The translations under genes and the position numbers were made by a program. Shown in pieces: positions 52,326-61,960 of a DNA stretch of 64,000 nt (position 1 is its first letter; each line of letters opens with the position of its first letter). The DNA comes from Candidatus Woesearchaeota archaeon (GTDB taxonomy: Archaea > Nanobdellota > Nanobdellia > Woesearchaeales > UBA10216), in contig JACPBS010000007.1 of NCBI GenBank assembly GCA_016180195.1, positions 9,104 through 73,103 of the forward strand, read 5' to 3'. The notes beneath the pieces are model-generated. The model was given only the letters and a program-made list of their open reading frames with translations, was not told where the DNA came from and searched no databases.

Positions 52326-54199
52326 TCATAAACATGACCAGGAACAACAACCGCACGATAAACATTCGACGAAACAGCACCAGGAACAAAATCACCACTA
52401 CCACCAAAACCAACACAAGGCACATCACGAGCATCACAACCCTCAGGAGCCCAAACATCCCTAACATCATTCACACGCAAATTATAACTCGAAACACCAC
52501 CCGAAACAGGAGCACCCCACGAAAAAACAGCAAACACAACAGACGAATTATGAGCAAAACACGACACACCCATACCCGAAGGAGCATCACTACCACCCGG
52601 AACAGCAACACCCACATCAGACTTCACACCCGAAACCGAACACGAAAAAGCACCACCCCTAAAAGACGTAGACGAAACAGCACCAGGAACAAAATCACCA
52701 CTACCACCAAAACCAACACAAGGCGCATCCCTAGCATCACAACCCTCAGGAGCCCAAACATCCCTAACATCATTCACACGCAAACTATAACTCGAAACAC
52801 CACCCGAAACAGGAGCACCCCACGAAAAAACAGCAATCACAGAACCATCAATACCATACACAAAAATATCATGATCCTTCCCATCCTTCAAAACATCAGG
52901 AGTAACAAAACTAAAACCATGCGAACAATCAGCATCACCATTACCAAAACGATTACACAAATCCTGCCTAAAAACATCAGCCCTCGCAGAACCAATAAAT
53001 CTACCAGTCCCAGCAGGCCCATCAGCATAAAAATGAACATCAACAGGAGCAACAGTATCAGGATCACGAGCCCAACCAACAAAAACACCACAATCAACAG
53101 AATCCAAAAAACCCTCAGGCTTCCTGTTAGCGGTGGTCTGGGGAGCTTCGCAGGTCACAGGCTTAGGAACTCCACTGAGCAGAGGGTTCTCTCCACCTGA
53201 ACTGTCTATTCCATGAGCATAGATCGAATGCTGCTTTCCATCCCTAAGGCTGGCGGGCAAGCTGAAAACAAAGCCATGCGAACAATCAGCATTTCCATTA
53301 CCCCACAGATTGCACAAATCCTGCCTAAAAACATTGGCATTCGCAGAACCGATAAATGTGCCTGTCCCAGCAGGCCCATCAGCATAAAAATGAACATCAA
53401 CAGGAGCAACAGTATCAGGATCACGAACCCAACCAACAAATGAGTTGCAGTCAGCCGAGTCAAGCCAGCCTTCAGGCTTGCTGTTAACCTGCTGTGGCGG
53501 AGCTGCCGGGCAGTCGTAAGCAAAATTAATCTGATTATGGGAAAATTTTGTCAATGGCCAAACAGCCATCTTAATAACATCCCTGTTTACCTGCAGGTGC
53601 TCATACGAGTTCTTCGGGGTTTTTGAGCCTGAAGCATCTGCACGGAAAGAATACTCATGATCGCCGCCGATAGCTGAATTGAAACTGTCTGAAATACCCC
53701 ACTGGCCGTTCCCATTAGTAGTTGCTGTCTTTACAACATTGCCCCTGTCATTAACAAGCTTTATGGTCGCGCCAGAAACAGCCGATCCATCGTTCTCGCA
53801 GAAAGCACGGCCGGATACAGCAACCTGATCCTTTTGCTGCTGGCAAAGGTAATTGCAGGCAGGATCATTCTGGCTCGGAATAATAACCGAATAAGAGCAA
53901 TCCAAGTTCTGCCTTATACGCCTGCTTGCAGAGCAGGCTGTGCACTCATTAAACTCGCGGACTTCGCACTGCTCAGGGCACCAGTCATCGCCGCTGCACG
54001 CTGAATCAGTCTGGCTATCAATAACAACGCTAAAGCTGCAATCCGAATTCTGCCTGACCCTCCTGCTGGTCAAGCATCCAGTGCACTCATTATATTCCTG
54101 CACTTCACACCCTGCCGGGCACCAATCAGGGCCAGAACACGCAGGGTCATGCTGGCTTCTAACAATAACATCAAAAGAGCAATCAGAATTCCTCCTCAC
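52280..54199 (-). CDS. major fragment of the same disrupted Cys-rich repeat surface protein
   Basis: EGF/Cys-knot-like repeats (NSDCSFxVxxxSQxDxACSGxDWCP) occur three times, followed by a duplicated domain of about 100 aa (KPEGxLDSxDCxxFVGWxRDPDTVAPVDVHFYADGPAGTG) and a duplicated segment of about 100 aa ending out of frame. Confidence 0.55.
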   Translation of the reverse strand: MRRNSDCSFDVIVRSQHDPACSGPDWCPAGCEVQEYNECTGCLTSRRVRQNSDCSFSVVIDSQTDSACSGDDWCPEQCEVREFNECTACSASRRIRQNLDCSYSVIIPSQNDPACNYLCQQQKDQVAVSGRAFCENDGSAVSGATIKLVNDRGNVVKTATTNGNGQWGISDSFNSAIGGDHEYSFRADASGSKTPKNSYEHLQVNRDVIKMAVWPLTKFSHNQINFAYDCPAAPPQQVNSKPEGWLDSADCNSFVGWVRDPDTVAPVDVHFYADGPAGTGTFIGSANANVFRQDLCNLWGNGNADCSHGFVFSLPASLRDGKQHSIYAHGIDSSGGENPLLSGVPKPVTCEAPQTTANRKPEGFLDSVDCGVFVGWARDPDTVAPVDVHFYADGPAGTGRFIGSARADVFRQDLCNRFGNGDADCSHGFSFVTPDVLKDGKDHDIFVYGIDGSVIAVFSWGAPVSGGVSSYSLRVNDVRDVWAPEGCDARDAPCVGFGGSGDFVPGAVSSTSFRGGAFSCSVSGVKSDVGVAVPGGSDAPSGMGVSCFAHNSSVVFAVFSWGAPVSGGVSSYNLRVNDVRDVWAPEGCDARDVPCVGFGGSGDFVPGAVSSNVYRAVVVPGHVYDWSVQVVLFRVRFRV

Positions 54200-54453
54200 A
54201 CGACGGCTTGCCTCACAGCCAGTACACTCGTTATACTCGGCAACCTCGCATGACGGAGGAGGACTAGGACAATCAGACGGACAATCAGACTCATCACCAG
54301 GATCACACTCACCATCCCCACACGAAGGAGGAGGAGGACTGCCACCACAATCAGCATCACAACTCTCACCAGGATCACACTCACCATCCCCACAGCTGAT
54401 AGAAAAGCCAACACCACAAAAATCAATGTTTTCATTTCAAACCCTGTCGTCAA

Positions 54454-56103
54454 CTAGTAAACATTCACCTTAACAATCCTATCCGGATTCCTTCTCTGGT
54501 AATCAAGCATAAATTGTCTAACTTGAGTCAGTCTATTCCTGCCAAAGTTTTCAATAACCCTTCTATTAACCCCCACACAGCTTCCATTTGGGGAATCGTA
54601 AATTCTAAGTTTGTTCTCGATAGCATCAATAAAAAGTGCAGAACCTTCAATTGTGTTGCATTTTTGCGGATTAGCATGATACCCGACCAGTTCCCGGTTA
54701 GATTGATATCCATCCAAAGTTGCAGGATCGATCTCGGGGAATAAAGTCCTGAAATTAGCTGGATCCGCAAAATACATATCCCTTGCTAAATCATATGAAA
54801 CGCCAAATCTTCCTACCATGTTTTGATTCAAGGAAGTAAGCCTAGCATCCAAATCTCCAACTGGTGCAGGTGTTGGAGGAAAATAAATTGCAGTCGGAGT
54901 TGGAACTGAAGTTGGAGGAACATAAACTGTAGGCGGAACCCGGGTTACAGTTGGTGGCACAGCAGTTGCAGGAGGGCGAGCAGTTGCAGGATGACGAGGA
55001 GTATAAGTGGCAGATGGTGAAGGAGCTGGAGCACGGGTTGGAATTAGTGTTGCCAAAGGCAAAGTGGTAGGACGAGCGGTTGGGACAGGCGGCAAAACCG
55101 CACCAGAAGTCGCTTCAGGTGTTGCTAAAATAGTCTGAGTCGGAACTAAAGGGGAAGGATATGCAGTTGAAGTTGCGGTTGCGATTGGTGTTGCCGTAGG
55201 ACCTGCCATGAAAAAGTTGCTTGCTAAATTGGCACCGATACAAAGCGAACCAACTACAGCAGCCACGGAAACGGCTGCTGCTCCTAGAAGCAACAGCGGA
55301 AGATTATCATTCCTTCGCACAAGCAGGGGTTTTCCTTCAATGTAATTAACAAGCAAGGGGTAATATTGGACGAATTGAGTTCTCAAAGCCTCGGCAGCAG
55401 GGTCTGTGAATCTCAATAAAGAAAGCTCAGACATCCTATTAATGGATATATTAGTAGTATGAGGAGTCTTTACCTTATCAATAATGATTAAACGGTCTTC
55501 CTTAACTTCTGAAATTTTGTAAGCCCTAGTAAACCAAGGAACAACGTTTCCCAAGACCCTCTTTTTATCAAAAATAACTTCAGCCGATTCCTTTATTGCA
55601 CCGAGACTGTTCATCTGCATCAAGACCCTCTTGAAATACAATTCATCAAGAGTGTTCTCAATAAAACTTAAAGGAACATCAGGATTTGCACCAGCATGAT
55701 TCAGATTGATTAGCCCTACTAGTCCATTTTTGCCTAACCAAAGTTGATAAAGATTTGAAAGATCATCAGGATTCGGAAATGGACTTGTCCTAAACAGAGA
55801 TTGATCAAATAATACACCAACAAGATTTTCTGCTTCTTTATCGCCACTTGGGATTAAAAGATTTTCCAAGGAAGGACCAACGACCTTTGGTTTCCCACTC
55901 CCTAAGAATGTTGCTTTCCCATCCTCTTCAAAGGCAATACCTGGTTTATAAAAATCATCTGAATAGTAGATTCTCAATATTTTTCCTTCAAATGTTAACA
56001 ATAACCTCTGTGTTTTCAAGTAATGCGAAGCTGGCAGATGATGAAGGGCGTCCGCAAGGCTTGCGTTTCCGATTCTTGTAAAAAGGTCTCTCTTGGCGGG
56101 CAT
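54454..56103 (-). CDS. single-pass membrane protein with cytoplasmic N-domain, Pro/Thr/Ala-rich extracellular linker and C-terminal globular domain (hypothetical)
   Basis: An N-terminal domain of about 290 aa, a TM helix LLLLGAAAVSVAAVVGSLCIGA, about 120 aa of PT-rich low-complexity sequence, then a C-terminal domain of about 110 aa containing Cys. Confidence 0.55.
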   Translation of the reverse strand: MPAKRDLFTRIGNASLADALHHLPASHYLKTQRLLLTFEGKILRIYYSDDFYKPGIAFEEDGKATFLGSGKPKVVGPSLENLLIPSGDKEAENLVGVLFDQSLFRTSPFPNPDDLSNLYQLWLGKNGLVGLINLNHAGANPDVPLSFIENTLDELYFKRVLMQMNSLGAIKESAEVIFDKKRVLGNVVPWFTRAYKISEVKEDRLIIIDKVKTPHTTNISINRMSELSLLRFTDPAAEALRTQFVQYYPLLVNYIEGKPLLVRRNDNLPLLLLGAAAVSVAAVVGSLCIGANLASNFFMAGPTATPIATATSTAYPSPLVPTQTILATPEATSGAVLPPVPTARPTTLPLATLIPTRAPAPSPSATYTPRHPATARPPATAVPPTVTRVPPTVYVPPTSVPTPTAIYFPPTPAPVGDLDARLTSLNQNMVGRFGVSYDLARDMYFADPANFRTLFPEIDPATLDGYQSNRELVGYHANPQKCNTIEGSALFIDAIENKLRIYDSPNGSCVGVNRRVIENFGRNRLTQVRQFMLDYQRRNPDRIVKVNVY

Positions 56104-56263
56104 AAAAAATTGCTTGATAACCTTTTATTTAAATTTTGTGGTTGTTGACTATTAATAAATAGTTACATGAAGTCAGCACTTATAAGTATATATAAGTTAT
56201 ATAAAACACTGGACAAGAACACTAAACAAGAAATTTTTAAAAAACATGAAACCACTGCATTGA

Positions 56264-57355
56264 ATGATTACAATAATAGGGGCAGGCGCTGCGGGGAATT
56301 ATGCGGCATACCTCCTCGCAAAGCAGGGATTTGATGTCCAGGTATTCGAAGCGAACAGCAGCATAGGAAAACCTGTTGCATGCACAGGGATACTTACTTC
56401 ACATTTTGACACCCTCATCGAAATGAAAAAAGAGCTAATTGCAAATGAGATAAGCTCATCAAGAATAGTCTCCCCCGACGGCAGCGCCGTAAAAATAAAC
56501 TTCAGAAAGCCAAACAAGATCCTTCACAGGCACATGCTCGACCAGCACGTCGCGAGGATGGCGATCGAAGAGGGAGCGAAATATTACACGAGTCACGTGT
56601 ACCTGGAAAACAGAAATGGGAAAGCAAGGATAAGGAACCTGAAGACCGAAGAGGAATTCGAAACAGAATACAGCATGCTTATAGGCGCTGATGGCCCCGC
56701 AAGCAAGGTGGCAAAAAACAACGGCATGTACGGGAACAGGACATTGTACCTGGGACTCCAGGCAACAGCAAAGCACGACAACGACAATGTTATTGACTTC
56801 TACCCCGGCGAGCAAGGGATAGCCTGGGTAGTGCCTGAATCAGGAAGCACAGTAAGGATAGGGGTTGCATCAACAACAGGAATAAGCGACTACTTCAACA
56901 CGTTCTGCAAGAAGATAATGGGGGAAGAATATTCAGAGAAGATAATTGAAAAGCAGGCAGGACCAATACCCCTTTACAAACCTGACATAAAGACCTCAAA
57001 AGAGGACGTATACCTGGTTGGTGATTCTGCAACAATGGTAAAGGCAACAACCTTGGGCGGAGTGATGCAAAGCCATTTGGCAGCAAAAGCTCTGGCAAGG
57101 TCGATAATCGAAAGGAAAGACTACGAAAATGAATGGAGGAAGGTTATTGGGAGAGATCTGTGGCTCCACCTTATGATGAGAAAGGCAATGGATAAGTTCA
57201 AGGAAAAAGACTATAACTATCTTGTAAACATATTCAAAAAGGACAGTAACAGGAAGATACTTGAGGAGAACGACCGGGATTTCCCGACTAAATTCATGTT
57301 AAAGCTGGCATTATCAGAACCTGGCCTGGCATTATTCTCAAGGTTCCTTATTTGA
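56264..57355 (+). CDS. geranylgeranyl reductase (digeranylgeranylglycerophospholipid reductase, FAD-dependent)
   Basis: N-terminal FAD motif IIGAGAAGNYAAYLLAKQG and the GGR family length and motifs (CTG, GDSA). Confidence 0.85.
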   Translation: MITIIGAGAAGNYAAYLLAKQGFDVQVFEANSSIGKPVACTGILTSHFDTLIEMKKELIANEISSSRIVSPDGSAVKINFRKPNKILHRHMLDQHVARMAIEEGAKYYTSHVYLENRNGKARIRNLKTEEEFETEYSMLIGADGPASKVAKNNGMYGNRTLYLGLQATAKHDNDNVIDFYPGEQGIAWVVPESGSTVRIGVASTTGISDYFNTFCKKIMGEEYSEKIIEKQAGPIPLYKPDIKTSKEDVYLVGDSATMVKATTLGGVMQSHLAAKALARSIIERKDYENEWRKVIGRDLWLHLMMRKAMDKFKEKDYNYLVNIFKKDSNRKILEENDRDFPTKFMLKLALSEPGLALFSRFLI

Positions 57356-57382
57356 ACCAGAATATTTATAAAATACCTTCTT

Positions 57383-60300
57383 TTGCGAAAAACCAAAATG
57401 GAAAAAGAAGACGACGAGCTATCAATAGATTTCGGCAAGATCTGGCCTTTTTCAAAGAAACAGGGAAAAAAAAGACCCGAACATCCTGAAAAAAGCGATC
57501 ATGATACCGAAACAAAGGGAGATGAACCTGAAAAATTGCAGGAAGAACCTACTGAGCATCATAAAACCGAAAAGCACGCTCATGAACACAGGAAAGCAGG
57601 AAAGCATGAACCCCAACAGACAGAAGAAGGAGAGGAAATAGACCTCAAGGAAATAGGGAACAAGATAAAAGGATTATTCAAAGCCAAAAAAGACCAAAAG
57701 GAGAAACAACCAACAGATGAAGAAGAGCTCTCCGTAGATACAAAGGCAATTTCAGCATTCGCAGCCCGCCACAAGGTAATAATGCTGCCCGCCCTACTAA
57801 TCCTGCTTGCAATCTACCTAAGCTTCACCATAAGGATGATGCCCTCCGAACTTGCATACACTGAGGACTGGGCCAGGCAAACAATATACTCATTCATAAG
57901 ATCCGACATAGGAAACGTAATAAACAGCCAATACCCAAACCTGCCTGACGACAAGAAAAACTCGCTTATAGAGGAAGAGCTTAACAAGGCAATACGCAGC
58001 AACAGCTACACAATACGAACAGGGCAATTCCAGGGACAAAACATCAACATAAAAGAGCAGGTCAAAGGATCTGCAGACCAGTACAAGTCATTCTTCCAGG
58101 ACGGCAAGGGAAACATGTACATGCCCGACATCGACCCATATTACTGGCTGAGGTATGCAAAAAACATAGTTGACCACGGTTACCCGGGAGACATACTGAA
58201 AGACGGCAGGAGCTACGACACCCTGCAGCTTGCACCCAACGGAAGATACATAGAGCCTGAGGACACGTTCCACCCCTACTCAATAGCCATACTTTTTTCT
58301 ATACTAAGCACTCTGAACCCCAACACAACCCTGATGGAAGCACAGATGATACTTCCCGTGATAATAGCCTCATTCATAATATTGTTCTCATTCCTGATAG
58401 CGAGAAGGATAGCGGGCGATATAGGAGGACTCTTCGCAGCAGTCATGGTCGCAATAAACCCGGCATTCCTCACAAGATCATTATATGGCCACGGCGACTC
58501 CGACTCCTGGGTATTGTTCTTCTCTGTTCTTGCAGCATACCTTTTCCTTGAGGCAATAGAGTCCAAGCAAGCCAAATGGCAGATTATCCTGGCAACATTA
58601 AGCGGACTGGCAATAGGGCTGTACTCAAGGTTCTGGGGAGGATGGTGGTACATATTTGATTTCCTCATAGCCGCATCCCTTGTATATGCAGGGTATTTCG
58701 TCATTGCAAACAGGAACCAGCTAAGAAACATGAAGATAATATCAAGCCCTGAAACCAAAACACTGGGCCTGGTCCTCGCTTCCTTCATCCTCATGTCAGG
58801 AATAAGCGTCTCGCTCCTTTCAAGCCCCGACACATTCATACTATCGCCGGTCAGCTCACTCAGCTTCGCGAGGATAAAAACGCCAGTCGAGGCGAGCCTG
58901 TGGCCGAACGTCCTGACAACAGTAGCTGAACTGAATGAAGGCGATGTCAACAGCATAATAAACAACGTGGGAGGAATCTTCCTTTTCTTCACAGGGCTAA
59001 TCGGAATAATGATTACGATGACAAAGAAAAGACTTGACACAACAGACCTCACATTCCTGTTTGGCTCCGCAGTTTGGTGGCTTACAATACTGATAGCGAG
59101 AAACTCGCTAATAAACAGCGGGCTCTCCCAGGTTGGCCTGATACTTTTACTGGCAGTGCCGATAGCAGCAAGAATAGCCTATGCTGCAATAAAATCAGAG
59201 CACATAGACATGAAGCTAGCTGCACTGCTGATAATATGGTTCATAGTTACGATGTACGCAAGCACAAAGGGCATAAGATTCGTAATGCTGATAGTGCCTG
59301 CATTCGGAATCGCATTCGGAGCAACAATGGGATTCCTATACAGGCAGATAAACAGCCTGCTCCCAAAAACATTCAGCCTTGACAGGAAAATATCATCGGC
59401 AGCAACAATCCTGCTTTTTGTTGCTCCAATGCTATTCTTCCTGGTAGTGCCGTCAACAAGCCTGGGAGCCATGTCAAGAAGCATCGCAAGCCAGGACGCT
59501 CCGATGATAAATGACGCATGGTATAACGCGCTCATATCAATAAGGGACAACTCCAACAAAACCGCAATAATAACATCATGGTGGGACTTCGGCCACCATT
59601 TCAAGGCACTCGCGGAAAGGCCAGTCACGTTTGACGGGACAACACAGGGAAGCCCGCAGGCACACTGGGTAGGACAAATCCTACGAACCGATAACGAGGA
59701 CATGGCAATAGGCATACTGAGAATGCTGGACTGCGGCGGGAACAACGCATTTGAAGAGATGCAAAAAACAAACGGAAACGACACACTGAAATCAGTGAAC
59801 GCACTCTACTCGATATTTGAAGAAGACAGGGAAGAAGCAGGAGAAACGCTAAAGGACAGATACGGGCTATCAGATAGCCAGGCTGAAAACGTGCTCAAAT
59901 ATACGCACTGCAACCCACCTGAAGCATTCTTCATAGCATCGGAAGACATGATAGGCAAGGCAGGCGTATGGGCTCACTTCGGAAGCTGGAATTTCGAAAG
60001 GGCCTACATATGGCAGAAACTAAGAGGAAAGACAATCGAGGAAGCAACCAGGGAAATGCAGCAAAAATTCGGCTACACCAAAGAACAGGCAGATCAAACA
60101 TACTTTGACATACAAAACATGAATGATGCAGAAGGCAACAGCTGGGTGGCACCATGGCCAGGGTACGGTCAGATAGACTCCTGCCAGACACAGGGTCAAA
60201 CAGCACACTGCAGCAACGGCATGAAAATAAACCTGACAAACATGGACGTGTACTTCACAAACCGTGAAGGCCAAACAGGACACCCCAGATCCGCCTCATA

Positions 60301-60910
60301 CCTTACCGAGGACGGAGCTGTCAAAACCACCCCATACAACCAGAATGTAGGGGTAGACCTTGCCGCAACCATAATACCCGAAGGACAGGATTACAAGATA
60401 ATCTTCTCATTCCCTGACCTTAACTCAAGCATGTTCACAAGGATGTTCTTCATGGAAGGGCACAGCCTTGAGCACTTCAAGCTGCTTACAAGGCAAAGAA
60501 GCATAACAGGAGCAGAGATTTACGTATACAAGGTAAACTGGGAAGGTGAAGAACCTACAATAAAGGAAGAGCTGAAAAAAAAGGAAACAATATCGCAAGG
60601 AGACAAGGTAACGTTCAATTACATAGGATACCTTGAAGACGGCAGCGTATTTGACAGCTCAGTCAACAACTGGAGAAGCATAAACATAACCAAAGACGAC
60701 GAATTCGACCAGGAAACAAGCCCTTTCACCTTCACAACCGGAAACAAGGAGATAATCCCGGGGCTTGAAGAAGAAATGATGGGAATGCGGAAAGGAGAGG
60801 AAAAAACAATAAAGGTCATCCCTGAGAAGGCATACGGGACAGACCCGACAGCACACCCGATGGGAAACAAGACACTGATTTTCAAGATAAGGATAGAGGA
60901 AATAAAATAA
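57383..60910 (+). CDS. aglB: oligosaccharyltransferase AglB (STT3 homolog) fused to a C-terminal FKBP-type peptidyl-prolyl isomerase domain, with acidic/His-rich N-terminal extension
   Basis: 13 TM helices, the WWDYG-type motif SWWDFGHHF and acidic loop motifs. The last 110 aa or so (GDKVTFNYIGYLEDGSVFDSS...GLEEEMMGMRKGEEKTIKVIPEKAYG...LIFKIRIEEI) match the FKBP fold. The first 130 aa or so are K/E/H-rich. Confidence 0.85.
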   Translation: MRKTKMEKEDDELSIDFGKIWPFSKKQGKKRPEHPEKSDHDTETKGDEPEKLQEEPTEHHKTEKHAHEHRKAGKHEPQQTEEGEEIDLKEIGNKIKGLFKAKKDQKEKQPTDEEELSVDTKAISAFAARHKVIMLPALLILLAIYLSFTIRMMPSELAYTEDWARQTIYSFIRSDIGNVINSQYPNLPDDKKNSLIEEELNKAIRSNSYTIRTGQFQGQNINIKEQVKGSADQYKSFFQDGKGNMYMPDIDPYYWLRYAKNIVDHGYPGDILKDGRSYDTLQLAPNGRYIEPEDTFHPYSIAILFSILSTLNPNTTLMEAQMILPVIIASFIILFSFLIARRIAGDIGGLFAAVMVAINPAFLTRSLYGHGDSDSWVLFFSVLAAYLFLEAIESKQAKWQIILATLSGLAIGLYSRFWGGWWYIFDFLIAASLVYAGYFVIANRNQLRNMKIISSPETKTLGLVLASFILMSGISVSLLSSPDTFILSPVSSLSFARIKTPVEASLWPNVLTTVAELNEGDVNSIINNVGGIFLFFTGLIGIMITMTKKRLDTTDLTFLFGSAVWWLTILIARNSLINSGLSQVGLILLLAVPIAARIAYAAIKSEHIDMKLAALLIIWFIVTMYASTKGIRFVMLIVPAFGIAFGATMGFLYRQINSLLPKTFSLDRKISSAATILLFVAPMLFFLVVPSTSLGAMSRSIASQDAPMINDAWYNALISIRDNSNKTAIITSWWDFGHHFKALAERPVTFDGTTQGSPQAHWVGQILRTDNEDMAIGILRMLDCGGNNAFEEMQKTNGNDTLKSVNALYSIFEEDREEAGETLKDRYGLSDSQAENVLKYTHCNPPEAFFIASEDMIGKAGVWAHFGSWNFERAYIWQKLRGKTIEEATREMQQKFGYTKEQADQTYFDIQNMNDAEGNSWVAPWPGYGQIDSCQTQGQTAHCSNGMKINLTNMDVYFTNREGQTGHPRSASYLTEDGAVKTTPYNQNVGVDLAATIIPEGQDYKIIFSFPDLNSSMFTRMFFMEGHSLEHFKLLTRQRSITGAEIYVYKVNWEGEEPTIKEELKKKETISQGDKVTFNYIGYLEDGSVFDSSVNNWRSINITKDDEFDQETSPFTFTTGNKEIIPGLEEEMMGMRKGEEKTIKVIPEKAYGTDPTAHPMGNKTLIFKIRIEEIK

Positions 60911-60922
60911 GGAGGCAAATTT

Positions 60923-61588
60923 TTGAGACCTGACTTATATGCAGTGATTCCTGCCTATAATGAGGAAAAACACATAAAGGAAGTAGTGGAAAAGACAAAA
61001 AAATACCTCCCCGCGGAAAAGATAATAGTTGTTGACGACGGAAGCAAGGACAACACGTTTACTGAAGCAAAAAAAACAAACGTCAACGTGCTGAGGCACC
61101 TGGTAAACTTGGGCAAAGGGGCAGCACTAAAAACAGGATGCGACTACGCCATAAAAAAAGGTGCAGGAGCAATGATAGTGCTTGACTCAGACATGCAGCA
61201 TGACCCCAAGGAAATCCCGAATTTCGAAAAAGCGCTTACAAAATCGGAAATGGTGCTTGGCTACAGGGAGAAAAAAGACCAAATGCCATTCGTGCTAAAA
61301 GCAGGAAACTGGGCGATAGACACAACCTTAAGCCTATTGTTCGGAATAACCGTAAAGGACACGCAATCAGGCTACAGGGCATTCACAAAGGAAACATACA
61401 GCAGGATAAGATGGAAAGCCACGGACTACAGCGTGGAATCCGAGATGCTTGCCCTTGCAGGAAAACATCATGTAAGGCTAACCCAGATTCCAATCGAAAC
61501 AATCTACCACGACAGATACAAAGGAACAGGGGTGCTTGACGGAATTGCAATAGTGTCAAAAATGGTAATATGGAAGCTAACAAGGTGA
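60923..61588 (+). CDS. GT2 glycosyltransferase, dolichyl-phosphate mannose/glucose synthase-like (AglD/AglJ/DPM1-like)
   Basis: AVIPAYNEEKHI, VVDDGSKDNT and a DxD-like motif (LDSDMQHDP). 221 aa. Confidence 0.8.
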   Translation: MRPDLYAVIPAYNEEKHIKEVVEKTKKYLPAEKIIVVDDGSKDNTFTEAKKTNVNVLRHLVNLGKGAALKTGCDYAIKKGAGAMIVLDSDMQHDPKEIPNFEKALTKSEMVLGYREKKDQMPFVLKAGNWAIDTTLSLLFGITVKDTQSGYRAFTKETYSRIRWKATDYSVESEMLALAGKHHVRLTQIPIETIYHDRYKGTGVLDGIAIVSKMVIWKLTR

Positions 61589-61592
61589 GGAA

Positions 61593-61934
61593 ATGATACT
61601 GATAATACAGCTGATAGGCGTGCTTTTCGGCGTCCTAATAATGTACCTATCATTCATCAACCTCAAAAAAAAGGAATTCACAATAAACGAATGGGTATTC
61701 TGGACAGCAATAGCAGCATCGTTCGCACTGATCTCACTGTTCCCGGACATGCTCAACCCATTCATAAGGGCATTCAACATAAGCAGGAAAATGGACCTCC
61801 TCATAATAACAGGATTCATGACCCTAACAACAGTAATCTTCTACACATACAACATCGCGATGAAAAACCAGAAAAAGCTGGAGCAACTGGTCAGAAAAAC
61901 AGCGATGCAGGAAGCTGAAAGGAAGGGGAAATAG
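61593..61934 (+). CDS. small 3-4 TM membrane protein (DUF2304-like), typical partner of DPM-like GT2
   Basis: 113 aa and hydrophobic. It lies 4 nt after the GT2 gene, consistent with co-transcription. Confidence 0.45.
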   Translation: MILIIQLIGVLFGVLIMYLSFINLKKKEFTINEWVFWTAIAASFALISLFPDMLNPFIRAFNISRKMDLLIITGFMTLTTVIFYTYNIAMKNQKKLEQLVRKTAMQEAERKGK

Positions 61935-61960
61935 TTTCCATCACAAAATTTTGTTGCAAA

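Larger units (their letters stand above)
51252..54435 (-). pseudogene. single large secreted Cys-rich repeat protein gene interrupted by frame disruptions (or sequencing/assembly errors in repeats)
   Basis: A signal peptide (MKTLIFVVLAFLS, ATG at 54435) is in a different frame from the body; one extra T in the T4 run at 54403-54406 would fuse them. A 41-nt insertion (52315-52368) relative to the tandem copy splits the body at 52280/52325. Confidence 0.4.

Noticed and set aside
52215-52830. Near-identical tandem DNA repeats considered as a possible CRISPR array or mobile-element terminal repeats
   Set aside because: The repeats are about 300 bp, contiguous, and entirely inside a coding region whose protein shows the same duplication. 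There is no short-repeat/spacer periodicity, no cas genes and no transposase.
52190-53200. 336-aa plus-strand ORF with extreme low-complexity translation (NRTINIRRNSTRNKITTTTKTN...)
   Set aside because: It is the reverse-complement reading of the minus-strand Cys-rich repeat gene, held open by the compositional bias of the repeats. Its amino-acid composition is not protein-like.
58276-59784. 258-aa and 201-aa minus-strand ORFs
   Set aside because: Both lie antisense within aglB. The hydrophobic translations are mirror images of AglB TM helices.
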